Of a stretch of 64,000 nt of DNA, positions 49,642-58,255 are shown piece by piece. The stretch comes from Candidatus Sumerlaeaceae bacterium (lineage in GTDB: Bacteria; Sumerlaeota; Sumerlaeia; Sumerlaeales; Sumerlaeaceae). Each line of letters begins with the position of its first letter. The stretch's first letter is position 1. A model generated the notes under the pieces. That model ran no database searches and had not been told where the DNA came from. It saw only the letters and a list, made by a program, of their open reading frames with translations. The position numbers and the translations under genes were made by a program. The DNA is taken from the NCBI GenBank assembly GCA_051003195.1, contig JBPCLP010000030.1, positions 1-64,000 on the forward strand, read 5' to 3'.

Positions 49642-50304
49642 ATGGGCATTAAAAGGATCGCGCTGCCCGCTGCCGTGGCGGCGACAATGGCTCTGTGGGG
49701 CTGCGGGGAGAAGAAGGAGACGGTGGCGGATGCGCCTGCTAAACGCGAGGCAGGGACTCCCGACTCCCCAACCAAAAAAGCCGCAAAGCGAACCGCATCG
49801 TCCCGCGCAAAAGGCTCGGCCTCCGGCGCAGATGCAGTCGACGCGGCGTCTGTCGCGGACACGACCGGGACGGCAAACGCCACGGCGGATGGGCGCGAGG
49901 CGCCGGATGTGACCCCCGCTCCTACACCGTTCAGCGACACAGCCGTCTCGGTTTCTGGCGTGGCCTTCACGGCGCCCGAAGGGCCGGCGAGCGCTGCGAC
50001 GGTGGCCGCGCGCACCGAGAACCTCCGTTCCGAGATAACGAAGTTGTCGGGTGCCTCGCAGGTCAGCGGGGCCGATCTGCAGTCGCTGGAGGGCGCCGTA
50101 TCGAATCTGCATTTTGAGTATGAGCGCGCCGGCCCTTTATCCGACGCGCAGACAAACCTGCTGGGCGAGCATACGGAAGCAATCCGTCGGGCGCTGGAAC
50201 GGGCGAAACAGGCCAACGGGCGGGAGCGTTCGGACATCCTGAAGGAAGTAACGTCGGAGCTGGAAAAAATGGATAAGGCTATGCGCGAGGCTATGGGGAA
50301 GTAG
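49642..50304 (+). CDS. Lipoprotein with Ala/Thr/Pro linker and C-terminal helical domain
   Basis: MGIKRIALPAAVAATMALWG-C lipobox-like; low-complexity linker; amphipathic helices. Confidence 0.78.
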   Translation: MGIKRIALPAAVAATMALWGCGEKKETVADAPAKREAGTPDSPTKKAAKRTASSRAKGSASGADAVDAASVADTTGTANATADGREAPDVTPAPTPFSDTAVSVSGVAFTAPEGPASAATVAARTENLRSEITKLSGASQVSGADLQSLEGAVSNLHFEYERAGPLSDAQTNLLGEHTEAIRRALERAKQANGRERSDILKEVTSELEKMDKAMREAMGK

Positions 50305-50345
50305 GAGCGATGGTGAAGTAGATCGATCGCGAAGTGCGGAGTAAG

Positions 50346-50647
50346 GGCCATCGCAAGCGAGGCAGCGGCCATCGCAAGCGAGACCGGGCCATCGCAAGCG
50401 AGACCGGGATTGGCTTAACGGCGTGCTGGACGAACGCCTGGCGGTGCGGCACGCGGTGACGCACTCCCACTCGGGCAGACGGTGCACGTGCGCGCGAGCG
50501 TTTTTTTGCCGCGGACGCGATTTGTGTCGCGGCTTGGGACGTGGCGCGTTGGTCAGGTGGCGCTCACGGAGAATTCAAAGCCGCCGCTGAGTTTCTTTGA
50601 GCGGACGCGATTGTGTCGCGGCCTAGGACGTGGCGCGCGGGTCAGGC
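50346..50647. repeat. Tandem and direct repeats
   Basis: GGCCATCGCAAGCGAG x3 (50346, 50367, 50387); ~47-bp GCGGACGCGAT..GGACGTGGCGCG..GGTCAGG x2 (~50511, ~50600). Confidence 0.75.
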
Positions 50648-50753
50648 GCGAGCGATGGGAAAGTAGCGACGAAACTATCCGGTATTTAACAAGTTAAGCA
50701 GATCGCGCGCTGGTTCCTTCCTTATCAAAGGATACCCAGGTTTATCGGCGAGC

Positions 50754-50793
50754 AAAAGAAAATCCCCGGCCTCCTGAATTGAGGCCGGGGATT
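50754..50793 (-). terminator. Rho-independent terminator
   Basis: AATCCCCGGCCTC..GAGGCCGGGGATT hairpin with an A-run on the left, giving a U tract on the minus strand. Confidence 0.82.
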
Positions 50794-50826
50794 TAGATTG
50801 CGCCGAAGCTTCCGGCGAGCATCGGA

Positions 50827-52278
50827 TTAGTAGATCATGTAATCGTTCACACTTGCCACGACGGGAGCGCCGCCGAGCAAGGCACCACCGGTCGAATTGG
50901 CAGTGACGTATGCTGGATTTGAAGGCTTCAGGAAGTTGGCATTGAGCTGGTTGCGCCCGATGGTATATGTGTAGGAGACATACTGCGGATCGGCACTGAT
51001 CGATCCGGCACCAAGGTCACCTACGGCGCCAACAGCGTCAGGTCCTGCCGTTACAACCGCTGTAAACGTCTTGTTTACTGCGCCTGTAGAGTTGGGATTC
51101 AGCATGTCGAAAGTGTCGGCCGCGCCCGAGAAGATGCTATTGATGATGGTGAATGTCACGTTAGGTTCTGCGGCGCCATCCGCGACGAAGAAGCTGACTG
51201 GGTTAACCGTTCCGCGCGCATTATGGAAAGTCGAACGCGTGATGCTTACGGCTTCCGGGCTCAGGTTGTTATCGTTGCTGCCGTCGTCGATCATGAAATT
51301 GCCTCCGCCGGCAACCCCCGTGCTGTCGGAGCTGTTGTTGAGCGCAATGCGGGAATCCGTGATGCTGATGGAATCCAGTCCTTCAAAGTCCGATATGGCT
51401 GCGAGTGCGCAGTCGGCAATATCCGTGTTAGTGAGGCTCAGGGTGCAGGTTGCATCCCAGAAGGCCTTGATTCCGGCATCGGCACCTCCGCCACCAAGGC
51501 CGACCTTGGCGATCAGGCAGCGTCCGGCGGAGCCGTCGAAGATCACGGCGGTGTTGTTGTTCGCAAACTGGACCGCAGCGCCGCCGATATTGGCGATGAC
51601 CGTTCCCTGGTTAAAGGTGAGGGTACGCGTGCTGGCTGCGGCTGTAATGATGACCACCACTTCGTCGTTGCAGCCAGTGATACTGCAATTGGACCATGTG
51701 GCGTTCACCAACGCAACAGCAGTGAACCAGTCGTCGCCTACGTTGTTGCCGGGCGCGCCTGCTACGAAGTTCGCTGAAGCATCCTGAGAAGCGACGCCAT
51801 CGCTACCATTGTTATTCGAGAAGATGCAATTGGTGAAGCTGTAGTTGCCGGCGTTCAGCCGAATTCCATCTGCAACGTTGTTGGTATAAGCCAGTCCAGC
51901 AGGTGGAATAAATGCGATGCCCGAGAAAGTTAGCGTGTCGGTTGCGCCTGGTGTCAGGGTGAGCATGTACTGACCGCTGGTGTGCTGAAGCTTGATGATT
52001 GGCTGCCCGGACTGGGCAGTGAAAGCAATGCTTTTGCCGGCAGTGGGTGCGATCGTGGTGTTAGCGGTAAGTGCGTGTACGCCTTCGGTGCTGCGCAGGA
52101 TGACACTGTTGGCCGCATCGGCCGCAGCGTTGATCTGGGTGATCGCGTCGGCGATCGAGTTTGTTACTGCCGTGCCTGCCACGCCCGTGGTGGGCGCTAC
52201 GGTTACCGTCAGCGCATTGCAAATGCCGCCAACTGCGACCAGCGAAGTTAAACAGCCAACCAATTTTAGACCGTACAT
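50827..52278 (-). CDS. Secreted beta-helix-like protein with conserved C-terminal tail (..ASVNDYMIY)
   Basis: GGAGG before ATG 52278; signal peptide ending ICNA; SIADAI, FTNCIF, IINSIF, ADPQY strands. Confidence 0.88.
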   Translation of the reverse strand: MYGLKLVGCLTSLVAVGGICNALTVTVAPTTGVAGTAVTNSIADAITQINAAADAANSVILRSTEGVHALTANTTIAPTAGKSIAFTAQSGQPIIKLQHTSGQYMLTLTPGATDTLTFSGIAFIPPAGLAYTNNVADGIRLNAGNYSFTNCIFSNNNGSDGVASQDASANFVAGAPGNNVGDDWFTAVALVNATWSNCSITGCNDEVVVIITAAASTRTLTFNQGTVIANIGGAAVQFANNNTAVIFDGSAGRCLIAKVGLGGGGADAGIKAFWDATCTLSLTNTDIADCALAAISDFEGLDSISITDSRIALNNSSDSTGVAGGGNFMIDDGSNDNNLSPEAVSITRSTFHNARGTVNPVSFFVADGAAEPNVTFTIINSIFSGAADTFDMLNPNSTGAVNKTFTAVVTAGPDAVGAVGDLGAGSISADPQYVSYTYTIGRNQLNANFLKPSNPAYVTANSTGGALLGGAPVVASVNDYMIY

Positions 52279-52374
52279 TGGGTCCTCCGGATAAGTTAGA
52301 TTATGCATCCATTGACGAAAATCCAGCGTTGATATTATAAGTCAAGTATAAGCCTGATTCAGAAAGGCCGAAGT

Positions 52375-53034
52375 TTATCTTGGCACGCCCTTACCGGCGG
52401 CGGACTGGCCGAGCTGCTTGACCGCGCTGAACGCATTCGAGACGTGCTGCTGGCGAGACTGTGGCTGACTGCGGGCAAGCTCAAGATGCGCCAGGGCCTG
52501 CTCCACCGCGGTGGTGATAGCCTGCTGTTGATCCGAAGTGGTTGGAGCCGTAAGATGCTCTGTTTTCAGGGTTTGTAAGGCTTGTTCAAGTTCGGACGCA
52601 TGCGCCGCTGAGAAGGAGCCCAGATCAGAGCCGCGGTATTTCGCCGAGATGGCCGCCGCCTGGGAGATGAGCGCAGGGGGCGCGGGGTCGACGATGGTTC
52701 TGGCGGGCGCAGAAGTTGGCGCGTCTGGTGTCGCTGCGGGCGCCTGTACGACTGATGCAGGAGTAAAGACTGGGCTGCTCACCGTGGGTGCGGTGGTTAA
52801 TGCGTCCGGTGTGTCCGTTGGCACGGGGGTGGGGGTGGCCGGCTCAGGCGGCGGAGGCGTATTTTGCTCAGGCGGCTGGGGTGTCGCGGTGGGAGCGGCC
52901 GGGGTCGAAACAGCCGGTGCTGCCGGCGCACCGCGAGGTGGCGATTTCTCGGAGTTCGAAGGTTCTTCCTTCTGGCACCCCGACAGCACGACAATGGTGC
53001 ATAATACGAATAGCAGGGTAAGTTCTCGCGCCAT
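52375..53034 (-). CDS. Lipoprotein with Pro/Thr/Ala linker and C-terminal helical domain
   Basis: AAGGAG RBS; MARELTLLFVLCTIVVLSG-C lipobox; PT-rich linker. Confidence 0.82.
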   Translation of the reverse strand: MARELTLLFVLCTIVVLSGCQKEEPSNSEKSPPRGAPAAPAVSTPAAPTATPQPPEQNTPPPPEPATPTPVPTDTPDALTTAPTVSSPVFTPASVVQAPAATPDAPTSAPARTIVDPAPPALISQAAAISAKYRGSDLGSFSAAHASELEQALQTLKTEHLTAPTTSDQQQAITTAVEQALAHLELARSQPQSRQQHVSNAFSAVKQLGQSAAGKGVPR

Positions 53035-53149
53035 GTGAAGGCTCCTTCAGGATTGGCAACACCACTGAGACTGAATTGCTGGTAATATCAACTGAACGGC
53101 GGCGCTCGCTGTTGGGACTGCCGGGTCGCCGCCGCGCGTACTCAGACCG

Positions 53150-54259
53150 TTACTGAATTTTACTCCACTCGGCGGAAGCTGCCGCCGGGAGGGCGCTCGG
53201 CACCTGGACAACTCCGCGGTACAGTGCATTGGCGGGTGGGCTGGCGATGAGGGTGAATGTGCCCGGCGTGGTGGCGTCGACGCGGAGCAGGTTGCCTGTA
53301 GAGTCCGTGACGTAGTGGGTCGGCGCTCCGTTGTAGGTGCCCAGCGCGACGCCCTTAAGCCCGGTGGTGAGGCCGGTGGTATGTTTGGTCGTAAAGCTCC
53401 ACGCGCTGCCGCTGAAGTTGTATTCGCCCAAGCCGCCGCCAAACCCGATGGCGCGGTCGTCTGCCACGAACACACGCGTGGGCGAGCTGAATGCGAAGCC
53501 ATAGGGGCTGGGTCCCGCAGGCATCGGCGAATTATCGATCATGAGGAGGGTTGCGGCATTGCCGGTGGTGGTAGGCAGGCCGGTGCCGACCTGGTTGATG
53601 CCTACGTTGGGGCTTGATGCGGAGCTCATGTAAAGCTGGCCGTTGTAGATGACTGCGACGCGGTCGTTGGACGGCGTGCCGCTGACGAGGGTCGACGTGG
53701 TGGAGGCCGGGTTGGCATAGGGCACGTAGCGGATGCCGCCGCCGGTGGAGTTTCCGGCCGCCCAGAATGCGGTACCGTCGTGGCTGACGACGCTGCGGTT
53801 GTCCCCGCCCGAGAAGCCGAAGGTGGTGCCGCTGTTGATGCCGACGTAGGTAGTAAGGTCGAGGGTGCCGTCCATGGCAAGGCGGCCGATGACGCGGCTG
53901 GCAGTGGTGGTGCCGGAGGCCGCGAGTGTGCCTGCCGGAAGATCGAACCCGCCGAATGTGAGATACTGCCGATTCACGGAGACGGACAGGTGGCCGGACG
54001 AGCCTGAGGATCCGGTAACGGTGAGACGGTTTCCGGCCGCGGTGCTGGGAACGGCGATCGGCTGGACGAGCACGCCACCGATGGTGATTTCGTTGAGGAC
54101 GATGGGGACGGCCGAACCGCTGACGGAGGTGTTACCGTCGCCTAGCTGCAGAACGACGAGGTTACCGGGCGTGAGCGGGGCAGCCAGGGTGGTCGACGCT
54201 GCGAGGGCAAGCGCGAGGCCCAGCGTGGCAGCGCGTGCTTTCGAAATGGGTTTTTTCAT
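53150..54259 (-). CDS. Secreted beta-propeller-like protein with conserved C-terminal tail (..ASAEWSKIQ)
   Basis: GGAG RBS; signal peptide ending TLA-A; TPGNLVV.GDG, FVADD, YRGVVQVP. Confidence 0.88.
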   Translation of the reverse strand: MKKPISKARAATLGLALALAASTTLAAPLTPGNLVVLQLGDGNTSVSGSAVPIVLNEITIGGVLVQPIAVPSTAAGNRLTVTGSSGSSGHLSVSVNRQYLTFGGFDLPAGTLAASGTTTASRVIGRLAMDGTLDLTTYVGINSGTTFGFSGGDNRSVVSHDGTAFWAAGNSTGGGIRYVPYANPASTTSTLVSGTPSNDRVAVIYNGQLYMSSASSPNVGINQVGTGLPTTTGNAATLLMIDNSPMPAGPSPYGFAFSSPTRVFVADDRAIGFGGGLGEYNFSGSAWSFTTKHTTGLTTGLKGVALGTYNGAPTHYVTDSTGNLLRVDATTPGTFTLIASPPANALYRGVVQVPSALPAAASAEWSKIQ

Positions 54260-54446
54260 CGTCGGTTCTCCATGGGATTATTAGTGTCTGTTCGAGGGTG
54301 AATCGGTTACGCTATGGCGTGTCAGAGGTTATGCAAGTAAAGGAATAGCGATTTGGACGCCAGCGCAGCGGCAAGGTGATTTTGGCATCGAATTTCTGGC
54401 GGTATCGGGGTAGATGACCCTAGTTAATCACACAATGGAGGAACTC

Positions 54447-55550
54447 ATGAAGTTTAGATTCGGATTTATAGCAATATGCGCCGTGGCGGCAGGGCCAGCT
54501 TATGCGCAGTATAACGTCGCCGTTTCTGAGGCGTCGATTTCAGCTCTCATCGGCGGCGTCGATGCGCAGCCGGAAGATATTGCGGTGGATGCAAGTGGCA
54601 ACATCATCGTCATTGATGAGGCGCCGGTAGCCAATGAGCACGTGCTGCGTTTCGACAGCGCCGGTGCAAACGGCGTGAAGGTGACCGATGAAACCGCGAT
54701 CCTAGCGGCCATTGACGCAGTGAATGGGTCTGCGGCGCAGTCTGCTTTCACGATCAACAATGTCTCGGTGGCCGCGGACGGTGACTATATCCTGACGTGC
54801 GGCGGTGCGCCTGAGCTTGATTCCATGGTCAGTGTTACCCCGTCTGGCGTGATTACGGTGCTGTGCACCGGGGTCAATGCAACGGCTTCTCCCATTGAAG
54901 GGTGCACGGGCTCTGCTGTGATTGGTAACACTGCTTATGTTGTGGTGAACGGTGCGTTTGGAGCTGTTGAGGACGCGGTTCTCGCCGTGGACACGAATGG
55001 TGCGGGTGCGCCGGCCATTGCGCCGACTGTGCTGGCGAACCAGGCCGCGCTGGAAGCCGCGACCACGGGAGAAACGGCGGGCGGTCTCAACCTGGGGCCG
55101 ATCTGCGTCGGCGGCAGCGGGCTTTACGTGGCCGATTCTGGCGGAACAGGAACCACGGATGATGTAGTCCAGATTGCGGTGCCAGGCGGTGCGGTCAACC
55201 TGTTGATTGACGACGCCACCATTGAGGCGGCGCTGGCCACTACGGACGTCGGGTTTACCGGAATGACGGTCAGCACCGGCGGCGTTTTGTGGCTTGCCAA
55301 CACTTTCGGTACAGGCGCCAGTGACGACGGTGTGGTGAAAGTCACCGCGCCCGGAACAGGCGGTCAGACATTCACACTTCTGAGCGAAGGCGTTATTGCT
55401 GCCGGAGTCAGTGCTACTTCGCTCTCGCCGGCTCGCATGGCCTTTAACGCAGCAACGGGCAAAGTGCTGTTCGCGAACCAGGGCGGAGAGACCGAAGGGG
55501 TAATCGGTATTGCACTGACGGCAAACGTTAATGACTGGTCGATTTATTAA
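54447..55550 (+). CDS. Secreted acidic beta-propeller-like protein with conserved C-terminal tail (..ANVNDWSIY)
   Basis: GGAGG before ATG 54447; signal ending AYA-Q; PEDIAVDASGNIIV and LYVADS NHL-like blades. Confidence 0.88.
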   Translation: MKFRFGFIAICAVAAGPAYAQYNVAVSEASISALIGGVDAQPEDIAVDASGNIIVIDEAPVANEHVLRFDSAGANGVKVTDETAILAAIDAVNGSAAQSAFTINNVSVAADGDYILTCGGAPELDSMVSVTPSGVITVLCTGVNATASPIEGCTGSAVIGNTAYVVVNGAFGAVEDAVLAVDTNGAGAPAIAPTVLANQAALEAATTGETAGGLNLGPICVGGSGLYVADSGGTGTTDDVVQIAVPGGAVNLLIDDATIEAALATTDVGFTGMTVSTGGVLWLANTFGTGASDDGVVKVTAPGTGGQTFTLLSEGVIAAGVSATSLSPARMAFNAATGKVLFANQGGETEGVIGIALTANVNDWSIY

Positions 55551-55615
55551 GCTGACATAGTAAAGCTTTTGCAGCAACGTAGCAAAGCTTAGCAGCAAAG
55601 CAAACATGTTGTCAG

Positions 55616-55647
55616 GCGCGCGGCTTCCGGGTCGCGCGCTTTTTTTT
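55616..55647 (+). terminator. Rho-independent terminator
   Basis: GCGCGCGGC..GTCGCGCGC followed by T8. Confidence 0.82.
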
Positions 55648-55668
55648 GGCGGGGGCGGGGGGAATCCG

Positions 55669-55885
55669 CTCTGGCGGATGCGCTCGTGCGCCCGGCATTC
55701 CCCCCGACTTACTGGCCGGTGCGCTCCTGCGCCGCCTAAAAAAAACCTCTCTGGCCGGTGCGCTCCTGCGCCCGCCATTATCCGCCGACTTACTAGCCAG
55801 TGCGCTCCTGCACCTGCCTAAGAAAAATCCCTCTGGCCGGTGCGCTCCTGCGCCCGGCCTGTTAGTCGCACTCCGTTGCGACACC
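55669..55885. repeat. REP/BIME-like array (family B), downstream of the RAYT gene
   Basis: Five units CTGGCCGGTGCGCTCCTGCGCC at ~40-bp period (55671, 55712, 55751, 55793, 55833) plus hairpin GTCGCACTCCGTTGCGAC. Confidence 0.85.
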
Positions 55886-55898
55886 GCCCATCAAACGC

Positions 55899-56461
55899 TC
55901 ACTCACAACGCGGTATAACGCGGAACTGCAGCGGCGGATCTGCACTATGATACAGGTCTACCTCCATCGCAAACATCGGCCGCCCGTGGTAGTTTGGGGC
56001 ACTGGAATAGAACCAGTCCTCCGCCCCAAGCACGAAACCGCTACGCACCGGATTGTGGTGGATGTACTCCAGTTTCTGTACGAAAATATCATAGTCGGAA
56101 GCGTTCTTCGGTTTGTACTCGGGTTCCCAGACAGTTCGTCGGCGCGTCCCGTTCGGAGTTTTTCCAGTGCCCATTTGCGGTTTTCCAGCCGCAGGAGTTT
56201 GAGCAACTGGGTGGCGGTGAAACGTCGAAACGCGGCGAGGATGTTACGCAGAGTGTCCGGCGTTTGCACATTGGTGAGGAGGTGGAGATGGTCTGGCATG
56301 ATGACGAAACCGTAAACCTGGAGCTTTCGGTTTTTGCGGCACCAGCTGAGCGAGTCGCAGATAAGGCGCTGGTAGTTTGGGGTGCAGAAGAGTGAGGTGT
56401 GGCCCCGGATGACGTGGGTTGTGAAGCAGGCAGCGCCCGGCAGTACCTGGTAGTGGTGCAT
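55899..56461 (-). pseudogene. REP-associated tyrosine transposase (RAYT), split by a frameshift near 56130-56165
   Basis: Frame 1: FTT, YGFVIMPDHLHLL, FRRFTA; frame 2: VWEPEY, QKLEYIHHNPVRSG, EDWFYSSA. Confidence 0.85.
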
Positions 56462-56520
56462 GCGGTGGAACTGGGTGAGTAGGGAAGGAGGGGCAAGAGT
56501 TTAGAGGGGGTAATGACAGA

Positions 56521-56715
56521 GGTGTCGCACAGGAGTGCGACGGATGAGCCGGGCGCAGGAGCGCGCCGGCCAGAGGGGCTTTTTTTTAGGCCGGGTGCAG
56601 GAGCGCACGGCCAGAGATTTGAAGGAGCGGGCGGGCGGTCAGATGGTAAGGTAGTGTGTGGTGTCGCACCGGAGTGCGACGGATGGGCCGGGTGCAGGAG
56701 CGCACCGGCCAGAGG
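56521..56715. repeat. REP/BIME-like array (family B), inverted relative to 55669-55885
   Basis: GGTGTCGCAC.GGAGTGCGAC hairpin x2 and GCCGGG.GCAGGAGCGC.CCGGCCAGAG x3. Confidence 0.85.
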
Positions 56716-56727
56716 TGGATAGGCATG

Positions 56728-56760
56728 AAAAAAAGCCGGGCCAAGTGGCCCGGCTTTTTT
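56728..56760. terminator. Bidirectional rho-independent terminator
   Basis: A7-GCCGGGCC-AAGT-GGCCCGGC-T6. Confidence 0.85.
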
Positions 56761-56778
56761 GATCGGTTGTTGGAAGTC

Positions 56779-58029
56779 TCAGTACATGGTCCAGTCGCCG
56801 ATGCCGGCGCTAAGGAACGCACGCACGCCGGAGAGGCGAAGGACCGCGTTGCCGACTGCGAGACCACCCTGGCTTTGGCGGTAGAAGTAGTAATCGTCGT
56901 CTGCGGCGACATCGCCGCTCTTGTTGTCCATTCCATTACGAAAGCCATTATGCATAATGGTGGTAGCTGCGCCCGTACCCGAGTGCGGGGGTACAATGGT
57001 TGTATTGACGTCGGGATCGGCCGTGAGCTGCGCATCGGTCGCGAGCATCGTCTGCTGTGTCCCGTCGGCGCTCAGGACAGCGATAAACTCATCCTGAATC
57101 AAGGTGCCTGTGCCAGAGGTTGCGCCATTTACGTGAATGAGGATCTTGTTATCCTGCAGCGTGTAGACGTTGACGCTACCGATGTCGGCGGTGGCCGGGT
57201 TGCCGCCGGCGGCGGTGATAATCGCGTCACCTGTGCGGAAAACGCTTACGGTTCCGGTCTCAGTAATGCGCAGCAGCGTTCCCATGACCTGCCGTCCGGG
57301 CGTAGCGAGATCGGAGGTCATGAAACCGTGCGAAGCAATGATGTCACCGTCGGATTGCACCGTGTGGTCGTAAATGTTGATGTCATCGTTGGCATCGCCA
57401 CCGTAACCAGTGACGGTCGCAAGCGCGGCCTCAAGCGCGGTCTCGGTTGCCAGCACCGTGGGTGTTGCACCCGTTGCCGTCAGCGCGACTTGAACAATGT
57501 CTTCTGAGGCTACCGCGGCGAAGGCATCGTTGTAGGTCATGATGAGCCGGATGTTCTTGCTGTCGACAGATACTTCGTCCAGGTTTACGGTGGAAGCGCT
57601 TGCCACCATTTCCGCAGCGCTGGTGAATGGCCCTGCGTGGGGAACGCGCCAGATGATGTTTCTGGAGCCATTGAAGGTACTGATGTACAGATTGGTGGTA
57701 TCGCTGTCCATGTCGCCTGCGGAAGAACTGCCGGACCCCGCGCTGAGATCAAAAGCGCCGGCTGGCGGGGCTGTTTCCTTTGCCACCACTGTCGGTCCGT
57801 CGGATGCGAAGACGCCGTCGAAGGTGCTGATCGAGTCGAACAGGTAGTAGCGCGACTCGTCGGGGCGCACAGATACTCCGTCGAATTCGCCGTTGGCGCC
57901 TCCGGCGTTTAAACCATCGTAGGTCGCGCCCGTGGCGACGATGTCGAGGTTGAGGGGTGCTGGCGCCTGGCCGACCGCGAGTCCTGCCGCGGCCATGAAG
58001 GTGCTCAGCATCAAAAGTTGTTTTTGCAC
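56779..58029 (-). CDS. Secreted acidic beta-propeller-like protein with conserved C-terminal tail (..AGIGDWTMY)
   Basis: AAGGAG before GTG; signal ending AVG-Q; shares PTVLAxxxALEAA with 54447-55550. Confidence 0.88.
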   Translation of the reverse strand: MQKQLLMLSTFMAAAGLAVGQAPAPLNLDIVATGATYDGLNAGGANGEFDGVSVRPDESRYYLFDSISTFDGVFASDGPTVVAKETAPPAGAFDLSAGSGSSSAGDMDSDTTNLYISTFNGSRNIIWRVPHAGPFTSAAEMVASASTVNLDEVSVDSKNIRLIMTYNDAFAAVASEDIVQVALTATGATPTVLATETALEAALATVTGYGGDANDDINIYDHTVQSDGDIIASHGFMTSDLATPGRQVMGTLLRITETGTVSVFRTGDAIITAAGGNPATADIGSVNVYTLQDNKILIHVNGATSGTGTLIQDEFIAVLSADGTQQTMLATDAQLTADPDVNTTIVPPHSGTGAATTIMHNGFRNGMDNKSGDVAADDDYYFYRQSQGGLAVGNAVLRLSGVRAFLSAGIGDWTMY

Positions 58030-58192
58030 GGTTTAGTGCTCCTTTTCTAAGGTTAAGATTTCTTTGTCGCGCAGATGAGGGTGGGTCGTCAACTTTAATG
58101 GTAGGGCTACTGCCTGAAATTTTAGCTTCTGGCTTAGCTTCTGGCTGGTTTTAGGCTGCCGGGGGAGCGGTGGGTGAAAGAGGTATGAAAGA

Positions 58193-58249
58193 GGTGTCGC
58201 ACAGGAGTGCGACGAACAGGCCGGGCGCAGGAGCGCGCCAGCCAGAGGG
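58193..58249. repeat. Dispersed family-B REP unit downstream of ettA
   Basis: GGTGTCGCACAGGAGTGCGAC..GCCGGGCGCAGGAGCGCGCCAGCCAGAGGG, nearly identical to 56521-56578. Confidence 0.85.
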
Positions 58250-58255
58250 GTGATG

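Noticed and set aside
50346..50408. Possible mini-CRISPR
   Set aside because: 20-21-bp tandem units with only 4-5-nt gaps; a simple tandem repeat
55669..55885. Possible CRISPR array (regular ~40-bp period)
   Set aside because: Spacers are only ~16-19 bp and recur alternately, repeats are degenerate, inverted copies flank a RAYT gene, and no cas genes are present
44230..58029. Tail interpreted as a BAM beta-signal of outer-membrane barrels
   Set aside because: The proteins lack alternating amphipathic barrel strands and several end in Q or M rather than F/W; not formally excluded without structure prediction
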